A DNA stretch of 58,933 bases, filler included, from Trichosphaerium sp. ATCC 40318 (GCA_038496445.1; 3 parts of 3 records of this genome joined end to end with filler, not necessarily neighbours in it); one strand, 5' to 3'. Shown: positions 1-12,585, numbered from the whole stretch's first letter. Numbers and translations are program-made. The notes: generated by a model from the sequence alone, not told the origin.

Positions 1-3000
1 CAACGGAGGACCTTGAAAAAGTAAATTACATTTTCTTTTTTAGCTTCATCAGGTAAACTTTGTTTTTTTCTTCTCCTTTGCTTCCAGAACAGCCTACATA
101 ATAATGAGATATTAAAAAACAAAATAAGCGTATTAATACATCATCTAAGACTTTGGTTTTAGCTTTTTTTGCGTCTGCGGTTGAGCTGTCTTCATTCTCT
201 TCTTTTTTCCTTGAAGTGAAAATTAGTACAATGTGAAAGTGTAATTCTTACTCTTTGGTATCATCTGATGAATTTTCGTCTTCCATATCAAGAGGTGGAG
301 CAAAATCGACTTTGACATCTACATCTGTAATACGAACAGCACGAGCAGGTACACATTCTAAGACATCAAACTTGATTATTTGCCCTGCAAATTCAGCATC
401 AAAAACATCTCCAACAGTCAATGCAACAAATTTCGGTAGAATGCTCTCAAGCCATGCTACAACAGGTCAGAAGCTAGATATCTTTATAATATAGCACCTT
501 TTGGATCCGGCACTTTAAGGAACTGTTTAGAGTGCGGTTGTAGCTTCAAGAATTCGGCACGAGGTAAGTTGACTTTTCGTACTTGTACCTTTTTGAATTT
601 AATGGCTAAGCTGTTTAATGGTAAATCTTATGTACGTACTATATCTCCTGGGTTTATAACAAGGCGCTCCATTAACCAAAGGGGTATACCAACTTCTCCA
701 TCTGGTGCTGTAAACTGTGTGACACCACAAAATGTCCTTTTTGTCTTTAAAGTCGAAAGTTCAAAAATCTTATAGTTGTTAGAAGAAAGCAGTATTATAT
801 CTTATGTACCATCGGTCCTGAAGCATCTTTGTCAACACCTGTAGCTCCGTATCCCCCTTTAGTAGAGCTCGAACTACCGATTGATGGAGCTCCAAAGCGG
901 TGGTGCATTGGTAGCGTCTTCATCTTTCCAGCTAAAGCTTCTATTGCTTTGGTAGGCAGTATAATCTTTCCTGCTTTATCAGCATCTTTCCCGCCAATTG
1001 ATATAGCCGGTACAGCTTTATACCTCTCCCAAAAAGAACTTACTGTTGCAATTTGGTCATGGCCAGTAGCATTCATATCCACACGAATACCTCGCTGTAA
1101 CGTCTATTAGCTTGTAATAAACGAACAGAAAGTATTTTAGGATGTTGCTTTTTGAAATTACTAGTGTAAGTGTACCTTTGATATTGATGCTCGAATATCA
1201 CTCAGTAGATCTTTCATGGTTGTTGTTGGTTCCCAGCTAGATATTTGTGACTTTTCAATTTCCATTGATACTGAGAGTGGGTGATTTTCTTCGAAAGGTA
1301 CAGAGGACGATGATGTGGAAAGCGCAGGTACACCCATGTCAAATGCGTTTGTATTTGATACCTTGCATACAGGCTGAACTATTCTAAATTGAGGTGGGGC
1401 GTCAGGAAAGTCCCTTGAGATACGTTAGGAACCACCAATTAACAAAATAAGAGCACCTTGGGAATTTGGCCTACAAGAAAAGTTAACATGATACTTTTTT
1501 TTCTTTTTTTTTTGTTTGTTTAGTACCTCAAAAACAATTGCAGTCTTCTCCCATGACGCTCCTTTTTTATCTGAAAAAAATGTTTCTGTAGCTGTAAATC
1601 CATTCTTGTTATAATATGTTGCTAGATCTATGCCCAAAGTCGATAAAGTGTCAAAACCAAAAAGAGCAATCGCCCACTTGTAAAAAAAAGAAGTAAGAAA
1701 GATAGAAATACAGCTTCCTCTAAATACTTTGCCAATAGCTTAAATATATCTACGTACATGGTATATATCGCCTTCTATTGGGCATACGTAAAATCCAAGC
1801 TTATCTGTGTCTGCGTCATCAAATGATTTGATCTCTTTTAACAGCCTTTCGAACGCCTGAACAAAAAAGTACTGTTAGCACAAGTTGTATCTGTAGTTCT
1901 CATTGTACTGCTTCTCTACCAATCTTTGGAGTGTAATGGGCGTGTTTATCTTCACTGTTTGTCTCTGGCCGGCCTCTAAAAGGTAAATTAGCAAAATCAA
2001 GCTAACAGGCACAAAATCAGAGAAATGGTATTAAGACGAACCTAGATTTAGGTATATACTTAGCAAGTTCATCTGGAGGAGATCCACCTCCAAGAATCTC
2101 GTCTTTTACTAATAACATAGCATTAAAAGTTCCTTCTAACTCTACAAGATAATGGTTAGAACGCAATAAAAGAATACAGGAACAACATTGGTTTTTCTTA
2201 TCAATGTTGCTTGTACCTCGTTTATTTTTGACTCGCCACATCCATTCTTCAATTTCGTATGGCTTGAATCCATCACGTTTAAGAAAAGCTTCTAAGGGAG
2301 AAAGCGTGTTACAGGGTCGAAGAAACAAGCTGTTATTTTATAAGTTTAAAGCGCACCTATTGCGGGTGCAACTGTTTCTGTCCATTCCGTTTGAGATGGG
2401 TTTACCTAAGAGATATATAAGTATTAACAAGATAACGTTGTCATACCCAAGTTTCATCAACAGCTAGATCGCCTTTGTCTCCTTGTCCGGCTGGGGGTGT
2501 ATAACAAGTCACCTGGTGGATGTGAGTTGGATTTCAGTTTACAATACGCGTCATGCTATACAACATACAGGCTCAACAGGTGGTTTGGGAATCTCAGGAG
2601 GTGGCATGGGTGGGTTTTTACTCTTGTTGGAGTGATAGCGAAAGCATATCAAATTGAATACTTCTGACACTGTTGCTGGGTTTCCTAGTAACCTACGTTC
2701 CTGTATGACACTATTTGTGTCTGTTATATGATCTTGAAGTGACACGTCTTTGGATTGAAGCATCTAGAATTCAAGTAAATTTCGAAACAAACAAGACAAG
2801 TCAAGCGAGACATTTTGAGAGTTTTTTTTAGCTTTTTCTGTTTACCACTGGTGTTGTCCATGTCTCATCAAAGATCATTTGAAATTCTCTTGCAGGGTAT
2901 CTGTCTAAGGAACAGTATACTGTAAAATTCTGAATGAAAGATTTTGGTTAAATTGAGAAACGTTTCAAATAAAAGAAAAAGCATGTCAAATGTACTTCTT

Positions 3001-3551
3001 CGTTTAGCTCTTTGAAGACTACTTTCGCGTAGGCATTGTCTCCAATCCACTTATAAATATCTGAGCGAAGCGCTGTAAGCAGAGGATTGTCTATTCATAG
3101 TTAGGAGTAGTTATAGCTCCGTCGTGCCTGTGGTTATCGAGGCTGTATTTGACGGCGTAGGGAGCGAATATGACGGTATTGAGGGCTCTTTTGACTATTT
3201 ACAAAGTAAGTTGAATTACAGTTATCTGACGTGCCGTAAATAGCGCAGAATATGCGTTTGACAATACTTTGAGAAGGTCTGCCGTTTGACATTGTTGTGT
3301 TTGTAAATGTCTATTAACGCGTGTAATCCATTCACTCAAGCCTTGAGAATCCGAACATACAAACTACAGCTTATAAATAAGCAAACAGTAATAAATTGTA
3401 CCATAGGTTGCCAACTTTGATCGCATAGCACTTGAAACGGCTTATCCTCTACAGTGAGCAATACTGTATAACTTGTACTATCCACTGTGATTAAATCGTA
3501 CTGCTTGTTTTCGGAACACCAAGCATTGAATGCTTCGTGTACTTTTTCCAT
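1..3551 (-). CDS. Multi-exon protein: UBE2Q-like (catalytically inactive) UBC domain fused to a C-terminal UFD1-like domain; 3' end probably runs off the window
   Basis: Exons give FERLLKEIKSF...KWAIALFGFD...FPDAPPQFRIVQP...SVSMEIEKSQISSW (UBE2Q-type UBC fold) then GKIILPTKAIEAL...TFCGVTQFTAPDGEVGIPLWLMERL...LPRAEFLKLQPHS...ITDVDVKVDFAPPLD (UFD1 motifs). Confidence 0.7.
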
Positions 3552-3804
3552 CCTCTAATCCCGTTTTACGCTAGCACAAGACCAATGCTTCAAATCGGTC
3601 TCAAAAAGTAAGCATTCATTGAACAGGAGCTCCTGTTGCACTGTATCACGTAGGATTTTGTGGTTTTTGACGACTGTGTTGTAGTTTTGTTTCTTTAGAG
3701 TGCAACAGATGATGTCCATTACGCCAACTGTATTTATATTCATTACATACGTAAGTACAAGCTGCGTGATTTCTCGTTTATTTTTTTCTTTTTCTTTTTG
3801 ATGG

Positions 3805-5939
3805 CTAGAGAATGCCATCAACTATTGTTTCCAGCTCAACTCCTATCTTCAAGAAGTCTACAATTAATTTATTCCGATTCTTTGTTGTCATGAATTCAAA
3901 CAATCTATCGCTATCTGCATTAGGGAACATACACTCCCAGCCGTTCCTTAACGCAAAATAAGTCAAAAAACCAGCAAGCAACAAGTAAACATGACGATCT
4001 CTACGTACATGCGTAATCGCTCAAACTGCGTATCTAGGATTGCACTAATATCACCTACACTGAGCTGATGTACAGGGAAACTGAAATCTTCAGGATTCTT
4101 ATTTCCTGCTTCAACATCCTCTTTTCTATCAAAAAAGAAATGAGCTTTATCTCAGCAACCTTAGTTACTGCTACGTACATTTTTATGATCTTTTCGTGTA
4201 CTCTCTTTGTTGCCTTGTAGAGTTTTGGTAATTCTTTTCTTTCCACGTCTACTAGCTGTAATAGAGAACGTAACATATTGCGCTTAACCTTAGTTTCAAG
4301 AACAGTATGTGGTTCAAGGTTAGGAGCATGGTTTACCTTTGAAATTTAGTGTTAATTACAGTACTATCAGTGTGCGCTTACTTCTAGAAGCCAAGGCTTC
4401 ATATCTTCGTCCACTAATACATCAAAGCCTTTAGGCAGTTAAGATGACACTTAACTTAGTATACTACTAACCTAATAGCTCAAAGCCATTGCTGCGACGA
4501 GGTACTTGCTTTTGTACAAAAAAACTGACTTTCTTTTCTACAGCAAGCCAAGTCTTTGTCATAATGTCTATTAAACGAGTTAATGAGCTGTATACAGGGT
4601 ATTTTAACACCAAGTAAAGACACTCTACGTGCACAATAAACGAACCTTTAATCTCGTTCCAAAGCTTATCTACGTCATGTCCTTGGCTCTTTAAGCGTTT
4701 CCATATGTACAAGATGTCACTGCACAGCAAATGTAAGTACAAGGCATAAACCAAACATTTTGATTTTACCATCGAAGTCCGTCATGGTCAACATCATCCG
4801 AGACTTTTTCATTGAAAGATTCCTCATTGAATTTATTCACATCAACGTTTGTGAGATGAATGTAAAGCTTGAGTGCCGTGGTAAATAATTAACGTAAAAT
4901 AGAAGCAAATAATACCTTGTCAAAGGACTCCAAGTCGACAGTGTAGCTGCACAAAGGCGTCAATCATAGATACGAAGTTGTATTTTTTTCAATGTCAACA
5001 AAATAAGTGTTGAGGATTTTTGGCACTTACCGCTCAGAACAAATACGAGTGAGACCATTTGGAAATACGTATAAGCGTAATGGATCAAAAGATGTTACTA
5101 CAACGTAAATTCTGAACGTTATCTTGTAACCATCAAGCAGTATTGGATTAAGAATGTATCTGTTAAAAAGATTATTGCTACATTCCAAATAAAACTGTCT
5201 TCTTCGCACTTCTGGGCAACTGGAGTCATTTTTTGAATGTACTCGCTATTGACATCTACTTGAGAAATATCTGTAATACACTTAATGCCCGTACCCTATA
5301 CCACAGTGAGCATAGGTTTGTTCGAAAGTAAAACAATAATTTTCAAAATAAAATTCAATAATTCTTGTTTGGAACATTACCATTGCATATCTTGATGGCT
5401 TGAGAATATAAGGTAGAGGGCCACCGTGCTCCTCATACATTTTTTTAAAATCATCGAACTCGTCTGGGAGGTAATAACCTTGAGGCCAAAAATCATAGTG
5501 CTATAAACGATCAGAGACTTTTTTTGAGCTTGGTAATACCTCAGCTCCTTTTAGCTTTTTGATTGCGACCATGTTTTTATGTAGCAAATGCTTTATGCAT
5601 AATTCTGGCATAGCAGGTAAGAAGTTAGCCTTTTGATGCGGTTTAAGGCTTTTTAGTTCTTCTGATGTCATTTTCATAGTCCAAAACAAATCGCATATTT
5701 CTAAGCGTTGCATTTAGCGTCACCAACGCTAGATTGAGCGTGTACCGGTAGGCGCTGTACGTGGTACCCATTTAAACCCTAAACGCTCTAATTCCTCTCT
5801 CACAATACGTGGGCCTCCAGCTGGATACCTTTTGAGTGTTGGTACGAAAAACAACTATTTTTGCGTACTTTCCGCGTGTCTTTACGATCAATGGCTTTTT
5901 ACCAACCGGTTCTTCAGCTTTTGGGGTAGTCTCAGCCAT
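3805..5939 (-). CDS. Tubulin-tyrosine ligase-like (TTLL) polyglutamylase/glycylase family protein, multi-exon
   Basis: [61 protein letters not shown] motifs typical of the TTL domain. Confidence 0.85.
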
Positions 5940-6774
5940 TTTGCAATACGCAAACGCGTAGTCAAACTATCTTCTTTTCTGACCCGAAAGAAACTACGCA
6001 AACGTTATTTCCCACCATCGAATATAAATATGGTAATGTAACTGGATCAAGTACTAATCTAGGGTATTACAAAATATAACGAGTTTTCTGTAAAGATTAA
6101 AAACGTGATTTTTACGTTATTTTACAATATGTGCAAAGCTCTTATCAGGGTACTTTTGAGTTACATTGGTGTTAGCTGTATGGTACATAAATAAGAGTAA
6201 CTCCACCAGATGAGCCATCCCACAATTTTTTTTTACTTGCAAGTTCACTGTTTAAAAATCGGTTGATGCTCAAATTCAATGGAGGTGCACCAGTAACAGT
6301 GTTTCATCGATGAAACTCATTCTAAACAAACAAATCCCAACAACCCCCAACAACCCCCAAAGCTAAAAACAAAACTTACTTCGACCGCCTCGTGTGGTAT
6401 TGGCAAAGGAATGCTTGAAAAGTAATCAAGTACCGGCGCCTATTGTATCGGACTGACAACACCAGCAGTCTGTACAATCAGTAACACTGTGCACAATCAC
6501 CTTCTTTTTGTATTCTTCCACAGCACACACGTAGAGAAATTGCGAAGCTTCAAGACAGCATTAGAAAGGCGTCGTTGTGTCCAATTTTCCTCTTTTTTTC
6601 TGACAGTATCCACGACAAGAAAACTAATAACCAACACGTAATGTATGGTCACCGGTACGAAGCTCCCACACTACCACTAACGCGCAATTCTGTCACACGA
6701 ACAAATCAATGTGTCAGTTTGATAGGTGACTTAGGACGTATTAAGTTTTATTGATGGAGATTTACTCAACCAAA

Positions 6775-7955
6775 ATGTGGTGCGCCAGGCTTGCCTTGGC
6801 GGTGCTCGTTGCTTCTCTTTGTACCATGGTACTCGCTAGTCCAACCATCATGCTGGAATTCAGACAGCGCAGCCTACAAAAATTCTCTCAACACCGTTAT
6901 GAGTATACCAACACCTTGGTAAGTTGTCGGTAAATAGAAAATTACAAATGTAAAATTATAACTCGTTACTATCGTTTATGGCTTTATTAAACATACAACA
7001 GTCGTAACAATGACATGCCCTAATTTAACAAATTTAGAGGGAACTAGATCCGTCAACAACTGCCATTCTACTGACAGACATTTGGAATAAGCATTGGTGT
7101 ACAGGGATCTCAGAAAGAACCGCTCCTTTGGCTGTTAAAGCGAACGCTACAATCGCCGCTGCTCGTCAGTTAGGTACGCAATTAACGGAAGGTTATAAAA
7201 CGGCAGTTCACCATCAAGCCTCGCTAGATTTTCCATCAACTTTTTTACATCCTTACAAAACAATTAAAACACTTCGTAGGTATGCATATCATACATAGTC
7301 CAGCGTCAGTAGTAGAATATTACCAGGATACATTCATCAGATACCGTACACTTAAACTGTCTTCCAGTAACGCTACTTGCTCTCCACCAGCTAAATCAGA
7401 GTGCGTTCTTTGTAGAGATTTGAGAAAAAGATGGTATACTAATGCCAATATACGCGTAGATGGAATCCTCCTGGCTCTCCTTTCCCAAGCTTGCCAAGCG
7501 CTTGTGATACAGGCCAAACACACAACTACGTGGCATGGTATAGAGAGAACGAGCTTGTCCATATTGACGAGGAGTACGACTACCTAGTAGACGCAAACAA
7601 TGAACAAGAAGTATATTGTGTATTCAACAATCTCGGCATTAAAACAATACTGTATTTGGGAGCTGCTTCTAATATGTGTATTGAAACACGTGCTGATGGT
7701 ATGTACAACACAAGAAGATGGGAATACGATACAGCATTGGTACGGTTCAAAGAAGGACTTTTTTTTTTCACTTTTCGATCACCGACTCATGTTTTTTAGT
7801 TTCGTGATGTTACAGACTGCGCTTACTCCCCAGAAGATCCACCTTACTTGAATAAAGACGAAGTCTGTGAAATTCAAAACAAGTTTATCGAAACGTTTAT
7901 TGGCACTTTGGGATCGCTTTCGTACTACGATATTATTGCACCAAATGTAGTTTGA
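6775..7955 (+). CDS. Secreted isochorismatase/cysteine-hydrolase-like protein, multi-exon
   Basis: Hydrophobic signal peptide MWCARLALAVLVASLC; TAILLTDIWNKHWC; HIIHSP; GAASNMCIE (catalytic Cys motif); LVRDVTD. Confidence 0.7.
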
Positions 7956-8189
7956 GCAAATAAAGCAAACAGCTTGGTTTTCAAGCCTTAGAATTACTTG
8001 AAGCTTGGCGTATACTATACTGTGTTATGTTTGAACGCGTGCGAGCTGTTTGGTTGGAGCGTTTAAGCCACGTCAAAAAAAATGACGCAATTACTTATTG
8101 TTCGTAAGGCGCATTAGCTACACCTGGAAGCGTTGAAAATCTGGTCTCTAAGCATACCGGTGTAGCGTTTACGCAATCTCCGAGGAAAA

Positions 8190-9262
8190 ATGATAGCTGC
8201 GGGTAATGAAGGGCAGTTTAAAATTAAAGTAGGCATTGTAGGAGATTCCGGTGTTGGTAAGTAACATATTCAAGCAAGAATTCACCCTTTTCGCGCAGGA
8301 AAAACCTCGCTCCTCACTAAATACGTTGAAAATCAGCTACACCCTGTAAGACCGAACTTCAATCTTAGTTGCATGGAAAAAACAATACGCATTCGATCAG
8401 TTTCGATTACTTTTGCAGTGTGGGATATTGGTGGTAAGAAATCGCGCGAAGAAATGATGCCATTAGTAGTGCAAAAGGCTGTTGCTGTAATTTTTTTGGT
8501 TGACTTATCTCGCCCAGAGACGATTAAAAAGTACGTAAAACGCATTATTAATGCATTTTCTAACGCGTACAAACCCAGTGTGCGCTATTGGTACAGAAGA
8601 GTAAGGTCGGTCGAAAAAACATTTTTTCCTGTGTTGGTGGGCAACAAATGGGACTTATTTATGAAGCTACCGCTAAATAAGCGTATACAGATGGGCAACA
8701 AGGTATGTATAAATTATTTTTTGCCACAGACGGACTGCCAGCGTTCAAGTTCCAGAATGTTCGAAAAAAAAATTACCAAAACAAAAACTTTAACCTTTTA
8801 CAGTTCTAACATTTTATTTTTAGATTATAAAGTACAGCAGAGCCATGAAGGCACCGTTGGTATTCTCCTCATGTTCAATGGGCATCAATGTAAAGAAAAT
8901 TTTCAAAGTTATTCTAGTACGCGCATTTGGGCTTAAGAGTAACTTACCAAGTAACACAACGGATATTGGTACGTTATGGAATCATTTATATCTTTTTTTA
9001 AGCGCTAGGAAACACAGGAAAAAAAAACAAAAAAAAACGTTTTATGGAACCAAATCTGCTTTATTTTTTCCTCGCCTGTCTGATTTATTTTTTGCTAGAT
9101 GCACCATTGGTATCACATCCCAAAGCACCAAAGAATTACTTGGTGTACCCTGTTTTTAGTTTAAAGCACTTGTGTGTTGACTATGTGCGTAAAAATAGAA
9201 GGCTTTTCACATTTGACACATTGCCCCTTGAACTGCGTGAGTTGGTGTCAAGGGCTTACTAA
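8190..9262 (+). CDS. Spg1/Tem1-like small GTPase (degenerate switch regions) with a C-terminal SOCS box
   Basis: IKVGIVGDSGVGKTSLLTKYVE, MEKTIRIRSVSITFAVWDIGG, PLV..AVAVIFLVDLSR, GNKWD, KAPLVFSS..GINVKKIFKVIL; tail SLKHLCVDYVRKN...LPLELRELV. Confidence 0.8.
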
Positions 9263-9320
9263 GCCGCGCCATCAAACAAACAAAAAGAAAATACTAGATG
9301 TAAAATAAAACCTTGTACTA

Positions 9321-11442
9321 TCTCTTTCTTGCCCTGAGTAAAAAACGGATATATCCGTTTTTTTGAAAATTGAAATTTAACAACACCAATTGCAAAAAAA
9401 TGGATGAAAGGTACCCTGATGTATAAACACATGCTGTTAGGCAGTGCTGACCTACAATTCAGTTGTGCACATAGTCATGATAGGAAAATTTTTTTATTTG
9501 CAATGTTTTTTTGTATGAAACAACATAAAACATGGAGCAGCACACAGAGGCACATTACAGCTTTTACAATAATATTGTGTTTCTTTAGCCTTTTCTTTGG
9601 TTAATTTACACACAATGCACAATCTACGAGTGTTTTTGGAAGGAAAGTGGCGTTGTGCAGTTAGACGAGAATCAGGTAAACTTGTAGTAGTTTTATATTT
9701 TTTTTTTTTCAAACTGACTATTGGTGTGCTGTCTTCATCAGTATCAGACTCCGCAAATCTACACTGATTAATTGATCAACTAGTAAAGATGTGTACCTTT
9801 GTAGTAATTCATCAACTAGTGTTGTTTTAAAATCAGACAACTTGGTAGTATTCCGACGGCAACTTTTGTATAAAATGAATGAATTGATGATGGCAGCATC
9901 AATTATCCAAGCATACAAGCGCTTCCACCATTTAACACTTGGCCTGTAAACACTTACTTGCATGTATTGATCAAAAACATCTACTCCATTCATGTAGTTG
10001 TTGTAAGCATGGATACAATCAAGTTTAAGTTTTTGTCGTGTGCCTCCAATAACTTCTTCAAACTCGTATGATGCTGTTGTTAAAAAATAAAATGGGCGCT
10101 TGTCATAAAGACCAAGACCAACCATGAATGTTACATTATCTAATGGTTCAGCACTGTATAGAATAACTTCTCTTGCTTTTGCTTTGGCTTCTTTGCCTTT
10201 TTCTTTGGTACGATAAATCTCTTTTGGTACACCATAATTTTTCCTCCATGTACCTGTGCAATATTGTCCAATTTGATAGGCAGCTACTGCTAAACTAGGA
10301 CGCATATACAGATTATCCATAAAAATTTCATGACCGTGTTGTTTAAGCTGTGAAATAAGGTGATATGCTTTGTTTGCTGTTGGAGTCAACCCTTGAATAG
10401 ACACATGTGGTTCTTTGTTTAACAAAAAATTAACAAGGTACTTGGATTCAGAGTCTACCACGCATTTAATGTCAAAGCCGGAAGATACCTTTTTATGTTT
10501 GGTTCTTTTAATCAGCTTTGTTCTCCCTGCATATCCTGGAGTGGCTTCATCTAATGCCAGTTTTTCATGTGGTAGATAGTTGTTGATGCATTGATGTCTA
10601 AATGTATCAACAAGAGTTCTAATCTTTTGGTATGGATCAGCGTCACTAGTTCCAGTGGTAGGTAAATGTAAGCAACGTGCAATATCTTCATAGCGGTTTC
10701 GAATCATGATCTGTCTTAATTTTGGCATATCGTAACAAGTGTTTGTTTGCCATGCTTTTCTAGGACCCATCCTATGTGCACCAAGTATTATAGATGCTGC
10801 CAACCACCTCATTAGTTCTTTCAGTGTCAAGTCTAGTTGTACTCCTTTCTACTAGTGTTAGTGAAACTCCAAAGTTGCGTGTACCTTTTTTTTTGCATAA
10901 TTATTGGTGGCTACAACAATTTTTTTCCAATACCGCTCACTGACAAAACTCAAAAACATATCCAAAGGCTTCAATCCGGATGCTTTATCAATCAACACAT
11001 GGCTACGCTCTTCCCGACCTGGTTTTTTGTATTTGAACTTTTTTTCTTCTGAAATCTCCTAAAACTCCTTCAGTTACGTTTTTGTGCGTAGAAAGCGTTA
11101 TATAAGTACTTGATTTGTGTTTTCAAACTGTATTGGAATTTTCTCTGTTTCTTCTTCATCATCACTTGAACTAGCAAAGGAGGGGCCCGTAGTGTTACTG
11201 GAGGTGCTGTTTCCATGCTCCATTTGATGATTTGTGGACTTTTTGGTTAAGGTCCATCAAAAAAATTTTCTTTAAACGGAAGCTCAAATTCTGAATGTAT
11301 GCTCTACAAACGTCTTTGCTAGTGTTACATACTACTGCTGCATCAATGGAGTTCAACTCAGCGCTGGTAAGTCACAATTTTTATTTTTTACAGTTGTGTC
11401 TTTAAAAAAACGGATATTTCCGTTGTTCGGTGTAGAAAGAGA
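9321..11442 (-). mobile_element. Full-length piggyBac-superfamily DNA transposon
   Basis: TCTCTTTCT at 9321 and AGAAAGAGA ending at 11442, each flanked by TA; subterminal palindromes at 9340-9363 and ~11404-11424; internal piggyBac transposase gene. Confidence 0.85.
9494..11223 (-). CDS. piggyBac (PGBD4-like) transposase, ~534 aa, four exons (11223-11110, 11058-10885, 10848-9797, 9758-9494)
   Basis: PLDMFLSF..IVVATNNYA; catalytic D motifs LALDEA, FMDNLY, YMNGVDVFDQ; C-terminal Cys-rich CIVC...CKSCNVPLCAAPCFMLFH; three GT-AG introns restore one open frame of 1605 nt. Confidence 0.85.
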
Positions 11443-11526
11443 TAATTATTATTATGAAATAGCAAAATATGTATTCAAGAAGCACGTGAGCTGGCTTTTT
11501 ACTTTTAGTGTTTGGATTTTATTCAC

Positions 11527-12228
11527 CTAAGCCTCAGCATGCAGTTTCAGTTGTAAGGTGTTGGCGTTGGTGTCCCAGAACTTGTGTAATCACTCAATAA
11601 AATATGAAGCGAAGGAACAAGTGACAAGAAGGTCACTCAAGAGAGTGTGTTTTTAAAAAATTTGCTGCGGATGCAAGTAGTTTGTCTATTGTCTTGCTTT
11701 GTAGAGAGTGAGGCGGATTCCATGCTATCCATTCGAATCCCTGTACAGTTTATGTTAGTTAGTTATGATGGTAAGCAACCAAACCTTGTGTTCAGTAAGA
11801 TTGATTGTGACATCTTGTTGAAGCAATGCCATGCGGATTTCAATTGTTTTTTCTACTTTTTCGCCACCAAATCGCTTATAAATAGGATAATATACCTCCT
11901 GTGTTCCGGTTAATACCATTTTCGAACGTTTATCGTACTTTGTAAACAAATCCTTCAACTACTTTAACATTTGACTGTTTAATGCCTGTTTCTTCTTCTA
12001 GTTCGCGAAATGCTGTCGTAACCTCAGTTTCGCCAGCCTCCATGTGACCTATTGTCTATTATTCGTAATATTATCTTAGTCGTTACCTTTTGGAAGATCA
12101 TAGCGTCTAGGATGCTTCATAAGAAGAAATTCCTTACCACCATCCGTATTTCGAAACAAAAGGAACCCACATGATTTAACAGCCTTCATCTTGCCATCAG
12201 CTGACCTTCCAACGTGAATCTTTGACAT
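11527..12228 (-). CDS. Nudix hydrolase (Ap4A hydrolase/NUDT2-like), multi-exon
   Basis: SCGFLLFR..EFLLMKH..YDLPK-GHMEAGETEVTTAFRELEEETGI (Nudix box). Confidence 0.85.
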
Positions 12229-12416
12229 GTAGCTGTTACCTTGGCAAAGGTTGTCTGAAACTGCTGACTTTTTTTATGTTATTTCACCGAATTTTACTGC
12301 CGCGTAGACCGCTGTTGCATGACGTTCTCTTTTAAGAAAAATAGTTGATATTTCATGTAAGTATGCCATTATTTCTTGTTATAACTTTATTATCATGATA
12401 ACTTAGATTGAACGCT

Positions 12417-12500
12417 GTACTGGTAATTATTTCAAAAAAAATATCAAGCACGTGATAACAATAAGTTTGCTTTTACACTTAGCCTTCATAGTACCAGCAC
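12417..12500 (-). promoter_or_regulatory. Candidate type II SECIS element in the 3'UTR of the AhpC-like selenoprotein
   Basis: Minus strand: GTGCTGGTA (helix I) CT ATGA A GGCTAAGTGT AAA AGCAA-ACTTA-TTGTT (mini-helix) ATCACGTGCT TGAT ... TACCAGTAC; begins ~85 nt after the stop codon; folded by hand only. Confidence 0.65.
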
Positions 12501-12585
12501 ATAGTTCATTTCTTCATGATATCCTAATGTACTTAGAACAAAAAATACGAAAGTGCAACTTATACCTCGCTCTCGAGGCAAGAAA

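Noticed and set aside
9494-10830. piggyBac transposase as a frameshifted pseudogene
   Set aside because: A 38-nt GT-AG intron joins the two ORFs in frame
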